NCBI GenBank assembly: GCA_014377485.1
Contig: JACMPM010000016.1
Coordinates: forward strand, 1,396 to 65,395
Origin: Bacteriovorax sp.
Lineage (GTDB): Bacteria > Bdellovibrionota > Bacteriovoracia > Bacteriovoracales > Bacteriovoracaceae
Length of the DNA: 64,000 bases
Reading direction: 5' to 3'
This document shows positions 36,283 through 46,143 of the stretch, piece by piece. The first letter of the stretch is position 1. Each line of letters opens with the position of its first letter. The notes under the pieces are model-generated. The model saw only the letters and a list, made by a program, of their open reading frames with translations. It was not told the DNA's origin and made no database searches. The translations under genes and the position numbers were made by a program.

Positions 36283-37683
36283 ATGGCATTTGATCAACCG
36301 CTCTTCTATTTTTTTTTACTAATAATTTTAATAATTACTTTTAAAGTGAATCCTGAAAATAGATGGATATCCTTGCTGCTAGGAAACATTCTGTTCTTGT
36401 TGGTTTTAAATGGTCATCTCACTTTTCTGTTTATTGCCTTATCTCTCTTCAATTTTTTCATCGTTCATGCAAAGGCTTACTCTAAAGCCTTTTTTCATTT
36501 TGCATTACTTACAAATATTACATTTCTATTTTTCTACAAATACCTTAAAGTTTTTTTATCTGAAAATTCACCACTTCAATCTTATTTTATCATTCCAATT
36601 GGGATTTCCTTCTTTGTCTTCCAGCAACTCTCATATCTAATCGATGCTCATAGAAAACCAGATTCCAAGGTTAAACACCTTGGACATTACCTTACCTTCG
36701 CTTTCTTTTTTGGAAACTTCATATCTGGCCCTATTGAGAAGGCTTCAAATGTAATTCCCCGACTTGTAAAAATTAAATTTCCAGACTTAAAAACAGCCAG
36801 GACCGCATGGTTATTGATCTACTGGGGACTTTTTAAAAAAATCGCAGTTGCCGATAATATGGCACCAATTGTTTTAAAACTATTTGCCCCGGACAAAAAT
36901 ATTTTTAATAGTAAAGATGTTTTGCCAGCTTTCCTCTTTAATAAGTACGAAATTTATGCCAATTTTTCTGGCTATACAGATATAGCAATAGGCGTTGGTA
37001 TATTATTTGGATTAAATTTCACTCAAAACTTTAAACGTCCCTTCGCCTCATTATCAATTAAAGAATTTTGGAAAAGATGGCATTTGTCTTTATCATATTG
37101 GATTAGGGATTACATTTTCTTCCCTCTAAGTACTTCTCGCATTTCCAAGCTTGGTCTCTATCCAATACTAGCAATAACTTTTACAATCTTCGCCATTTGG
37201 CATGACTTACGAATAACTTTTATAATTTATGGTCTTTTACAGGTTCTTCTTATTTTCTTATCAAGTAATATCGGAATTTTTGTCGAGAGCTTTCATAAAA
37301 AATTAAATAACAGAGTCTTGTATGAACTAGTAGCGGTTTTAAGAAAACTTTGGGTTTATATTATTCTTATTTCTTTTCCCAGCATATTTTTCAGAGTTAT
37401 CAACTTAAAACAGGCCAATGCTATTTTTCACTCAATCTTCTCACTCAAGAGTAACGATTATTTCATATTTTTTAATAGTCTATTAAGCACATATTTTTTA
37501 ATCGTCTTTTTAATTATTTTTACCGAATTCATTGAATTTTTTAGAGAAAAATTTGACTTAAGTAATTGGCTCGAAAAGAAAAGCTATTGGTTGGAAGTTG
37601 TCTTCCATTTTTGTGCTTTACTTCTATTCATATCATTTGCAAAATTTAACAACTCTACAAGTTTTATCTATAGTCATTATTAA
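36283..37683 (+). CDS. MBOAT family O-acyltransferase (AlgI/DltB-like)
   Basis: Motifs KEFWKRWHLSLSYWIRDYIFFPL and FAIWHDL. The start is set at the MAFDQPLF Met, because the track start at 36208 overlaps the divergent ligase gene head to head. Confidence 0.8.
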   Translation: MAFDQPLFYFFLLIILIITFKVNPENRWISLLLGNILFLLVLNGHLTFLFIALSLFNFFIVHAKAYSKAFFHFALLTNITFLFFYKYLKVFLSENSPLQSYFIIPIGISFFVFQQLSYLIDAHRKPDSKVKHLGHYLTFAFFFGNFISGPIEKASNVIPRLVKIKFPDLKTARTAWLLIYWGLFKKIAVADNMAPIVLKLFAPDKNIFNSKDVLPAFLFNKYEIYANFSGYTDIAIGVGILFGLNFTQNFKRPFASLSIKEFWKRWHLSLSYWIRDYIFFPLSTSRISKLGLYPILAITFTIFAIWHDLRITFIIYGLLQVLLIFLSSNIGIFVESFHKKLNNRVLYELVAVLRKLWVYIILISFPSIFFRVINLKQANAIFHSIFSLKSNDYFIFFNSLLSTYFLIVFLIIFTEFIEFFREKFDLSNWLEKKSYWLEVVFHFCALLLFISFAKFNNSTSFIYSHY

Positions 37684-37696
37684 CATTGGGCGCCTT

Positions 37697-38698
37697 ATGA
37701 AATTTCTAATCTTTGTACTTTATCTCATCATCACTTCGAATTTAATTGCTGAAACTATAAAAATTGGATCATCACCCGTAATAAGCTCTGCCGGAATATA
37801 CCTGGCAAAAGAAAGAAATTATTTTAAAGAACAAGGTCTTGAGGTAGAAATCATTGACTTCAATAGCTCGGGAGCCCAGATGACGGTTCTTCTTTCAAAG
37901 GGTGAGCTTGATGTTGGTGCGGGTAATTTAAGCTCAGGCTTATTCAACGCTATTGCTAAAGGACAAAACTTCAAACTCGTTGCGGATAAAGGACATTTAG
38001 AAAAAGGAAAAGATTATATTGCATTAATTGTAAGAACTGATCATCTGACTTCAGGTAAATATAAAACTTTAAAAGATCTAAAAGGTTTCAAAATCGGCAT
38101 GACCTCTCTAGATGGAGTTTCTCAGCAAATTGTTGCTGAAAAATTCCTTAATAAGGTAGGATTAAATGCGAGTGATGTTGAATATGTTAAACTCTCTTAT
38201 TCTGAAATGAATGTGGCGCTTAAAACAAAAAGCATAGATGCTACAATTCAAATTGAACCTTATCTGACCAAAGCCTTAGTTGACGGTATTGCAAAAAATG
38301 TTGCGAATGCAGCCGAAGTTCATCCAAATCAACAAAGTGCCGCCTTGTTTTATTCTCCGAAATTTATGGAAAAAAATCCAGTGCAGGCTAAAAAATTCAT
38401 GATTGCTTACTTAAAAGGTGTAAGGGATTACAATAAAGCTTTTATTGATGGGATTGATAAAGACAAAGCGATATCGGATTTAAAGAAATATATCAAAATC
38501 GAAAATGATAAAATCTGGATAAATATGATGCCCGTTGGCTTATCTAATGATGGCTCAATTGACACTATTTCATTAATGGATGATGTTAAGTGGTATTTTT
38601 CAAAGAAATATCTAGAAAAACTTCCAACTCTCGAACAAATTGTAGATTTACATTATGCTAAAGAAGCTTCGATTGAATTATTTAAGGTAAAAAAATAA
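37697..38698 (+). CDS. ABC transporter substrate-binding protein, NMT1/SsuA/TauA-like
   Basis: Signal peptide MKFLIFVLYLIITSNLIA, then IKIGSSPVISSAGIYLAKERNYFKEQGLEVE. Confidence 0.65.
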   Translation: MKFLIFVLYLIITSNLIAETIKIGSSPVISSAGIYLAKERNYFKEQGLEVEIIDFNSSGAQMTVLLSKGELDVGAGNLSSGLFNAIAKGQNFKLVADKGHLEKGKDYIALIVRTDHLTSGKYKTLKDLKGFKIGMTSLDGVSQQIVAEKFLNKVGLNASDVEYVKLSYSEMNVALKTKSIDATIQIEPYLTKALVDGIAKNVANAAEVHPNQQSAALFYSPKFMEKNPVQAKKFMIAYLKGVRDYNKAFIDGIDKDKAISDLKKYIKIENDKIWINMMPVGLSNDGSIDTISLMDDVKWYFSKKYLEKLPTLEQIVDLHYAKEASIELFKVKK

Positions 38699-38704
38699 TA
38701 CAAA

Positions 38705-39409
38705 ATGCTCGAATTAAAAAACTTATCTTATTCGTATAATGAAAATCATGTATTAGAAAAACTTAATTTATCTATAAAGGATCACTCCTTTCATTCTCTC
38801 GTGGGCTTAAGCGGTGCCGGAAAAACACTTATCCTGAAACTTATTAGTGGTTTACTCGAAATACAAAGCGGTACTATTGAAAATTGTCCAATTAAAAAAA
38901 GTTTTGTTTTTCAAAATGCATCTTTTTTTCCCTGGTTATCTATTCTTAAAAATTTAGAAATTTGTACTAAAGCTTCTAAAGATGAAATTCTACATTCTTT
39001 AGAAAATTTTCGCTTAAGCAATATCTCCTCCATGTACCCTCATCAGCTCTCTGGAGGTACTCTTCAGAAAGTCAGTATTCTGAGAAGTTTCTTAAATAAA
39101 GCTGAACTAATTTTGATGGATGAACCATTTGTTCATTTGGATATGGCTCAAAAAGAAGAAATTTACTCATTTACCTTAAATTTATGGTCTACTTTTAAGC
39201 CTACAATTATTTTGGTAACTCATGATCTAGATGAAGCCCTATATCTTTCAGAAACTCTCTCATATCTTTCAAAAAAAAATAAAAAAATTGTAGAGAGTTA
39301 TCAGATTAATTTAAATAGAAATTTAAATTTTAACGAATGTAAGACGACCCAGCCTCACTTGACCTATTTCAATAATATCTACTCGCGTCTAAGGGAAGAT
39401 TTAAATTGA
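38705..39409 (+). CDS. ABC transporter ATP-binding protein (NitT/TauT family-like)
   Basis: Walker A GLSGAGKT, signature LSGGTLQK, Walker B LILMDEPF. Confidence 0.85.
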   Translation: MLELKNLSYSYNENHVLEKLNLSIKDHSFHSLVGLSGAGKTLILKLISGLLEIQSGTIENCPIKKSFVFQNASFFPWLSILKNLEICTKASKDEILHSLENFRLSNISSMYPHQLSGGTLQKVSILRSFLNKAELILMDEPFVHLDMAQKEEIYSFTLNLWSTFKPTIILVTHDLDEALYLSETLSYLSKKNKKIVESYQINLNRNLNFNECKTTQPHLTYFNNIYSRLREDLN

Positions 39410-40155
39410 TAAAAAAATTTTTATCAATTCTATCAATACTTTTAATTTTGTTATGTTGGCATCTACTTTCATTTTACAAAATTTTTGATGCTGAATTTTT
39501 CCCATCACCTTTCATTGTTTTAAATCGCTTGGCACTTTTGATCAATGAAGTCGACTTTTTATTAAATATCAAAGCAAGTCTCCTTAGACTCCTTTTAGGC
39601 ACATTAATTAGCATTCCCTTGGCATTTATCACTTCTCTCATCTGCTCTCATTCAAAAAGCATCGATAGAATTTTCAATCCTTTTATTGCCTTTACCTTCC
39701 CTCTCCCCAAGGTTGCAATAATGCCACTTCTAATGCTCATTTTTGGAATAGGTGATTCATTTAAGATCGCTATTATTTCATTAGGTATGTTTTACTTGTT
39801 ATTTATAAACTTAAGATCTTCGATGATTTTTTTAAAAAAATCTCCATTGGCCGACGTAGTTAAAATTTATGGTATTAGTGGTAAGGATTATTTTTATCAC
39901 GTTTTACTAAAAGGCATTTTTTTAAATTTCTTAATCGGATTACAAACTGCACTTGGTTATGGACTAACCTTGGTGGTCGTTAGCGAATTTTCCATGAGCA
40001 AGAATGGCATCGGAAATTTTATTTGGAAGTCCTGGGATCAATTTAAAATAATTGATATGTATGCTGGAATTTATTTCTTATGCATTCTAGGCTTTACTCA
40101 GTATACGATTCTGGATGCTTTAATTATGAGACAATCGCAAAAACATACTCATTGA
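39406..40155 (+). CDS. ABC transporter permease (SsuC/TauC-like)
   Basis: Six hydrophobic spans; 4-nt overlap with the ATPase gene. Confidence 0.75.
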   Translation: MIKKFLSILSILLILLCWHLLSFYKIFDAEFFPSPFIVLNRLALLINEVDFLLNIKASLLRLLLGTLISIPLAFITSLICSHSKSIDRIFNPFIAFTFPLPKVAIMPLLMLIFGIGDSFKIAIISLGMFYLLFINLRSSMIFLKKSPLADVVKIYGISGKDYFYHVLLKGIFLNFLIGLQTALGYGLTLVVVSEFSMSKNGIGNFIWKSWDQFKIIDMYAGIYFLCILGFTQYTILDALIMRQSQKHTH

Positions 40156-40165
40156 TCTATTTTTT

Positions 40166-41614
40166 TTATAATAAGCCCAGTGTAAATATCTTCAAGTAAA
40201 ATCTAATTATATCATTAAAATTTCCAAGAATTATTGAAAAATTAAGAGGCATAATTAGTGAATACAAAAAGAAATAAAAAAACATTCTTGCTATATTCGT
40301 TTTTTTTTCATTATTCTTTTTTTGAAAATATAAACTTATAGTCACGGCTAAAGACAATACAACCATATAAGGAAGGGCCAGTCTTGATGTTAAGGTTATC
40401 GCGTTAACAAATCCAAATTTATATACTTTCCATATATCTTTAAGGAATCTGGCAAAGAAACCACCAAAGATTAAGGCCCAATTCAAAGCAATAAAAACCT
40501 TTTTGTTTCTGGATAAATTAAAACGTCGTAAGAATTCCAGCGCTGGATAAAAGAAATGATTTATAATAATAATATTATAATAATACATAATCCTTGAAAA
40601 AAAGTCTGCGAACGACTGAGACTTCCATGGACTATTAATATAATCAGGGAAGTTAAATCCACAAAGCCGCGCTAAACCTACAACCACTCTACCGTAGATG
40701 AAAAAGCTAGAACCCAAATAGGAGACAGAATAAGAAAAAATGCAAAGTATAAGAACAAAGGCATTTTCTAGTTTCCAATTTTTCAAAAGAGAGAGGCAAA
40801 GTGTATTAACCAAAACTGTGTCATCTATAATAAGTGACATTTTTTTAGTTAATACAAAATTCAGTCCTGTCATGTAAAGGATCATCATAATTTTAAATAT
40901 AAAACACGTGGTAAAAATATAGGCTGCCGCTTTAGAGTTTTCAAGCGATTCTTCATTGCTTTTTTCAACTTGATAAACAGGATTTTCGGGTGCCTCAAAA
41001 GTAAGAAACCAAAATGGTTGTATCATTGTAGTAAATTCTTTCCTGTTGCTTGGAAGTCGATCAAAAAATCTTACATAATTGAATAAGTAAAACGCATGCT
41101 TCGCCATCATCAAGGTTGATAAGCAAAGAACAAATACTAAGTCATTTTTTAATATGACGAGACTCTGACTGAGCCAAATCAAAGCGAGGATAAGCAAAGA
41201 CAAGAAGATACTTGAGACTAAATTGATTTCTTTGAATAATTTTTTAATCAGCTTAAAAATTAAAAAAAATGTAAAAAGATAAAGAACGAAACCAGTAAAA
41301 TAGAGAAAAAGATTTTTCAGTCCCGCGGTATTTCCCGGAATAAATTTACCCGAAATAATTGAAATAGGGTCATTAGAATTATAACTAAACAGATGAAAGG
41401 TAAAAAAATTATGTGTGAAGCCTATACCAAACAAAATGGTGTATAGAAAAATTATTTCCAATTTTAATTTAGGAAAAATACGACTTAATAACACTGGAAT
41501 AAAGACTGAAAGGGTAAATGGACTCCCGGGCAGTAAAATCATTATTGCAAGCAATAGAATTGATATAATCCAGAGAGTTGTTGGTTTAAATTTTTCTAAA
41601 AAGAGCATGACCAC
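40166..41614 (-). CDS. polytopic membrane protein, divergent MBOAT-like
   Basis: By eye, PWKSQSFADFFSRIMYYYNIIIINHFFYP aligns with PFASLSIKEFWKRWHLSLSYWIRDYIFFP of the MBOAT at 36283. Confidence 0.35.
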   Translation of the reverse strand: MVMLFLEKFKPTTLWIISILLLAIMILLPGSPFTLSVFIPVLLSRIFPKLKLEIIFLYTILFGIGFTHNFFTFHLFSYNSNDPISIISGKFIPGNTAGLKNLFLYFTGFVLYLFTFFLIFKLIKKLFKEINLVSSIFLSLLILALIWLSQSLVILKNDLVFVLCLSTLMMAKHAFYLFNYVRFFDRLPSNRKEFTTMIQPFWFLTFEAPENPVYQVEKSNEESLENSKAAAYIFTTCFIFKIMMILYMTGLNFVLTKKMSLIIDDTVLVNTLCLSLLKNWKLENAFVLILCIFSYSVSYLGSSFFIYGRVVVGLARLCGFNFPDYINSPWKSQSFADFFSRIMYYYNIIIINHFFYPALEFLRRFNLSRNKKVFIALNWALIFGGFFARFLKDIWKVYKFGFVNAITLTSRLALPYMVVLSLAVTISLYFQKKNNEKKTNIARMFFYFFLYSLIMPLNFSIILGNFNDIIRFYLKIFTLGLL

Positions 41615-42362
41615 AATCTACAGTAAGAGTACTAGAATTAATCTGAGTCGAATTAATTAAAAACTCGACTGCTTTAGCTATTTCGTCCGGGTTAATCAAT
41701 TGCCCAGAGGGTTGGAGAAGTTCCTGATAATCTTCTTTAGATAATGTATCCAAATAATCCTGTGACATATCTGTCTTTGAAATACCCGGTCTAATTGTAT
41801 TTACCGTGACCCCAGAACGGGCAACTTCCCCACCAAGAATGTCACCAAATTTTTCCAGCGCAGCCTTTGAGGCACAATAAGCAGCGGAGCCTCTATTATT
41901 TATACTGACATTATTTGAACTCAAATTAATGATTCTACCGAACCTATCCTTCATCATTGCAGGCAAAACAAGTTTACACATGTTTATTGTGCCAAAATAA
42001 TTGACCTCAAAAGAGCGTTTGTGATCTGATAAAGACTCCATTATAAAAAGATTCTTGATCGCTACTCCGGCGCTATTTACGAGAACAGAGGCTTCCATTT
42101 GAAAATCTTCTTTAATTTTTTCATAAACTTTCTTTGAGAGCATTTCGTCAGAAACATCACATTGGTAGATTTTAACTAGGCAAGTATCAGAACTAAATTC
42201 CTCAAGAACCTTTTTAGCATTTTCGGTATCATTATAAAAAATTAGAGCCAAGTTATAATGATTGGACAATCTCGCGGCGATTCTCTTACCAAACCCTTTG
42301 GTGCCTCCTGTAATTAATGCAAGAGACTTTTTCCCTTTTACGTTTGACATAAGTACATCCAT
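41586..42362 (-). CDS. SDR family oxidoreductase (FabG-like ketoreductase)
   Basis: Motifs ITGGTKGFG and YCASKAAL (YxxxK). Confidence 0.8.
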   Translation of the reverse strand: MDVLMSNVKGKKSLALITGGTKGFGKRIAARLSNHYNLALIFYNDTENAKKVLEEFSSDTCLVKIYQCDVSDEMLSKKVYEKIKEDFQMEASVLVNSAGVAIKNLFIMESLSDHKRSFEVNYFGTINMCKLVLPAMMKDRFGRIINLSSNNVSINNRGSAAYCASKAALEKFGDILGGEVARSGVTVNTIRPGISKTDMSQDYLDTLSKEDYQELLQPSGQLINPDEIAKAVEFLINSTQINSSTLTVDCGHALFRKI

Positions 42363-42397
42363 TTTGATTTTCTTTAAAAGTATTATATTATTGTAAA

Positions 42398-43111
42398 ATG
42401 AGATTTGTTAAGGGAAATAATTCACTATTCATAATTGGAGAAAATTGCATTACGCAATCTCTCTCTCAACTCTCCGAATTTGGCCAAATTTTAAATCCAG
42501 TAGCAATATCATCTTTAGATACAGACAAATTCTCCTATAATCTGGGAGTTAATAAAAACATACGTCTACATTCAAGAAAAACCAAATGCATCCTAGAATG
42601 CATGTATCATTTAAATTTTGCTGATCTTAAAAAAAAATATAAAAACGAGCGCATTGGCATTTATATTAATGGATCACACAATGTGTTGGATTTTGAACTT
42701 CCAAGTTTATCCAGTCTTAACAATGCTGAGACTTCTCTTTATGAAATTTATAGAAAAAATATTACCCCCACATATAATATCAAAAATATATTAGGCATAC
42801 TTCCTGGGCACGTTGCCATATATCATGAAATCCATGGCCCATCTTTTATTATTTCCTCACTGGCAAAAAATCAAATTTTAAGAAAAGCTCGAATAGATTT
42901 ACAATCTCAACTGATAGATCTGGCAATAGTAGGTTATATAAATACCTATGAAGATCCTATGACTTTGGCATGGCACTCAAATAAGGCAAATGGAAAAAAA
43001 ATAACTGAAGCTGCCGGTGTTATTCTACTAACTAAAAACGATGATTTTTCATTTGATATTGGTGAAGATCAAGATAATTATTATGGTTACCTAGAAGGAA
43101 TTATCTCTTAA
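42398..43111 (+). CDS. beta-ketoacyl synthase N-terminal-like protein lacking the active-site Cys (chain-length-factor-like)
   Basis: 237 aa. HGPSFIISSLAKNQ occupies the position of the KS motif GP..tv.tACaS. Confidence 0.45.
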   Translation: MRFVKGNNSLFIIGENCITQSLSQLSEFGQILNPVAISSLDTDKFSYNLGVNKNIRLHSRKTKCILECMYHLNFADLKKKYKNERIGIYINGSHNVLDFELPSLSSLNNAETSLYEIYRKNITPTYNIKNILGILPGHVAIYHEIHGPSFIISSLAKNQILRKARIDLQSQLIDLAIVGYINTYEDPMTLAWHSNKANGKKITEAAGVILLTKNDDFSFDIGEDQDNYYGYLEGIIS

Positions 43112-43125
43112 AATTAGGATTCTCA

Positions 43126-43398
43126 ATGGACGATTTTCTACTTCAATCGACAATTCTTACTCTGAAAAAATTCTGCCAGGATTCAATCATTCCTATTAAT
43201 GCAGAAACGAAGATTGTGGAAGACTTAGGTTTAGAATCAATCGATTTTGTAGATTTTATTTTTGAACTAGAAAAAAATGTAAATCTAAAAATTGATATTG
43301 TTCATTTAAGCGTTGCTCTTTCTCAAGGTACAGCAAAAAGATTTAGAGAAGTAAAAGTGGCTGACATTGCCGCATATTTAAAAACGTTGAAAGGATAA
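43126..43398 (+). CDS. acyl carrier protein
   Basis: 90 aa with LGLESIDFVDFIFELE (DSL-type Ser site). Confidence 0.7.
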   Translation: MDDFLLQSTILTLKKFCQDSIIPINAETKIVEDLGLESIDFVDFIFELEKNVNLKIDIVHLSVALSQGTAKRFREVKVADIAAYLKTLKG

Positions 43399-43403
43399 CT
43401 TTT

Positions 43404-44576
43404 TTGAAATTAAAAGATACATTCGTAGGCTTTGCTAATACCATCACTCCGTTTGGCATGGGACTTGCGGTAAATCAAGAAGCTATCTTGTCCAATATGA
43501 CTGCTTATTCTTCTTTTCCCAAAGATCGTTACGGCACCGACTTTCCAGTTACCTGTGCTGGACTTATTCCACTTTCGTTTTACTCAAAAAATAATTGCGA
43601 TTCATATACAAGATCAGAGCAAATGCTAGAGACCTTATTAAAAAACACATTCAGTAACCTTCAAATAAAAACTAATATTGACGCAGCATTTTTACTTTAT
43701 AAAAATATTGATGGTTATGATTATCAATTAACAAATAAAACTAATTTGTCATTTTTTGAAAAAAGCGATCAAGACTCTGCTCATAAAATTTTTAACAATA
43801 ATAATATCTTAATCAACAGAGACAATATCCATATTATTGACAACACTTGCACAACGGGGTTAACACTTTTAACTTACGCTTCTCAAGCAATAGCAGCCGG
43901 CCTTTGGAAAAATGTAATAGTTTGCACTATTGATCTTATTGACCCTTTTGTCATTTACCTACTTAATGGTCTTGGTGCTCTGGCTCAATCTGGAAATGAT
44001 CCAAGTAAAGCTTCTCGCCCTTTCGATATTGCCAGGAATGGGTTCGTTAAAACAGAGTCTGGTACCATCGCTCTCCTTTCAGATAATCAAGAAAATCTTG
44101 GAGGTACTGCTTTAATGAAATTGGTTTCATTCAATCAAACCAATGATGCGCATCGAATAACAGACGGAAGAGATGATAGTCATTATATAAAGTTGGCGAT
44201 GCAAACAGCTTTAGATAATTCGAATTTAAAACCAAATGATCTGGCCTTTATTAAGGCGCACGGTACGGGGACCAAGTTAAACGACCAACACGAAGCTAAG
44301 GCTATTCGCGATATATTTGGCGATTTAAATATCCCTATTACTTCTCTCAAAGGGCATTTGGGACACACTACTGATGCATCTGGCTTAATTGAAAACCTGA
44401 TTGTTGGATACGCGCTTAAAAGCGGAATTATTTTACCAACTAAAAATTGTGAAAACCCAGAATTTGAATTAAACATTGTCCGAAATAATTATCGTCAGAC
44501 GACTTTGAAATTTTTCCAAAGCAATTCTTTTGGTTTTGGCGGGAACAATGCTTCCGCTATATTTGAGGTTATTTAG
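43404..44576 (+). CDS. beta-ketoacyl-ACP synthase (KAS I/II type, Cys-His-His)
   Basis: Motifs DNTCTTGL, AHGTGTKLND and KGHLGHT. Confidence 0.8.
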   Translation: MKLKDTFVGFANTITPFGMGLAVNQEAILSNMTAYSSFPKDRYGTDFPVTCAGLIPLSFYSKNNCDSYTRSEQMLETLLKNTFSNLQIKTNIDAAFLLYKNIDGYDYQLTNKTNLSFFEKSDQDSAHKIFNNNNILINRDNIHIIDNTCTTGLTLLTYASQAIAAGLWKNVIVCTIDLIDPFVIYLLNGLGALAQSGNDPSKASRPFDIARNGFVKTESGTIALLSDNQENLGGTALMKLVSFNQTNDAHRITDGRDDSHYIKLAMQTALDNSNLKPNDLAFIKAHGTGTKLNDQHEAKAIRDIFGDLNIPITSLKGHLGHTTDASGLIENLIVGYALKSGIILPTKNCENPEFELNIVRNNYRQTTLKFFQSNSFGFGGNNASAIFEVI

Positions 44577-44577
44577 T

Positions 44578-46134
44578 TTAAACAACTTTAAATTCAGTTT
44601 GACCTAGAAATCTTTTACCAAAAAATTCTGAAAAATAGTCTTTAAAAAATGCTCTTTTAGCCTTTCCACTAGGTGTCCGAACATTTTGGGAGGTTATGAA
44701 CAAAACAACTTTCGGTCTTTTATTTTTTTTTATATCTTTAAAACATATTTGAAACTTTTCAGTCAGATCATTTATTTCTTCAATCCTTTCAATTTTACAA
44801 ATTACTCCTATCTCTTCGCCTTTGTAAAGATTATCAAATGCAACTGCAAAAAAATCATTTTTTACAATATTTCCAGCTCGAATTAACTCATCAAGTTCAC
44901 GCAATGAAATAGTCTCACCTAAAACTTTTGCAATTTCTTTTTTCCTTCCTGAAATAAAAAAGTAATTTTGATTTTCATAAGTTTTAAAATATCCCAAATC
45001 ACCGGTTAAAAAATATTTTCCATTAAATCCAGATCCTGCTGGAGTATTTAAATACCCAGACATAAGATTACTTCCTTTTATCGCCAACTCCCCTTCAATT
45101 CCCTCGGCTACTTTTTTAAAATCTTCATCAACAATAATAATTTCATTACATTTCAATTCAATACCAATTGAGGGGAATTTTTCTCCAGTCATTACTTTTC
45201 GGTACATCTCTTCACTAATATTAATTGGCAATGTACATGAAAAATTTATGGCTTCAGATAGCCCATAACCTTGTATAATGTTTTTCCCATATAATTTCTT
45301 TATTTCCTTCACTGATTCTACCGACAGTGGAGCCGCCGCTGATACAAAATATTTTAATGAAGATATATTAAAGTTTTTTAATACATAATAGTTCTGAATA
45401 ATATTTGTTAATAGTGCTGGAATAATACTTAAAATATCAATTTCTTTTTTTTCAATAAATTCAAAGCATCTCCTGGGATCATAGTTTTTAAAAATAACTA
45501 ATTGTCCTCCGGAGAAAAGTGTGCAAAAAAAACTAAAATGAAGAGCGTTAACATGAAATAAGGGAAGTGGAGTTGCAATTTTTTTTCGGTCTAAAAGTTT
45601 ATGATGTTCAATTAAATCATCTATATTTGAAAGTAAGGCTATCTCTTTTTGAATGACAATTTTAGACTCACCTGTGGTAGCACTCGTCGAAATATAAACT
45701 AGGTCTTGGTAAGGCTCAGGTCCTTTTGGCATGAACTCTTTGGGAACTGGAAGATGACTCAAAGCTTCAATTAAGTTTATATTTGATATAGAAAGTTCAA
45801 GCGCTCGATCTGCAAAAATGGCATATTTTTTATCTAATTTTTTTAGACTGTTTAGGATAACCTTTTGGTCCTCGTCGGGATTTATGGGAAATAGCGTTTT
45901 TCCAGATAAGATCGTTGCCATCAAGTAAACGGAGTAGAGATAAGAATTTTTCCCAATTAAAACAATTATTTTAATGTCTGTGAAATTTAACTCTAGAAAA
46001 TAACAAATCCGAACTGTATCGTTAAAAAATTTTTCATAGGTAAAAGATTTTTCACTTTCTGCTTCTACTAAAAAGACATCTTCTTTAAAGCTTTGAAAGG
46101 AGTAGTTAAAACGATCGAGTATAGAATTTTTCAT
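44578..46134 (-). CDS. AMP-dependent synthetase/ligase (fatty acyl-AMP/CoA ligase-like)
   Basis: Motifs TSATTGESK, YGLSE and TGDLGY. Confidence 0.75.
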   Translation of the reverse strand: MKNSILDRFNYSFQSFKEDVFLVEAESEKSFTYEKFFNDTVRICYFLELNFTDIKIIVLIGKNSYLYSVYLMATILSGKTLFPINPDEDQKVILNSLKKLDKKYAIFADRALELSISNINLIEALSHLPVPKEFMPKGPEPYQDLVYISTSATTGESKIVIQKEIALLSNIDDLIEHHKLLDRKKIATPLPLFHVNALHFSFFCTLFSGGQLVIFKNYDPRRCFEFIEKKEIDILSIIPALLTNIIQNYYVLKNFNISSLKYFVSAAAPLSVESVKEIKKLYGKNIIQGYGLSEAINFSCTLPINISEEMYRKVMTGEKFPSIGIELKCNEIIIVDEDFKKVAEGIEGELAIKGSNLMSGYLNTPAGSGFNGKYFLTGDLGYFKTYENQNYFFISGRKKEIAKVLGETISLRELDELIRAGNIVKNDFFAVAFDNLYKGEEIGVICKIERIEEINDLTEKFQICFKDIKKNKRPKVVLFITSQNVRTPSGKAKRAFFKDYFSEFFGKRFLGQTEFKVV

Positions 46135-46143
46135 AAATTACAT

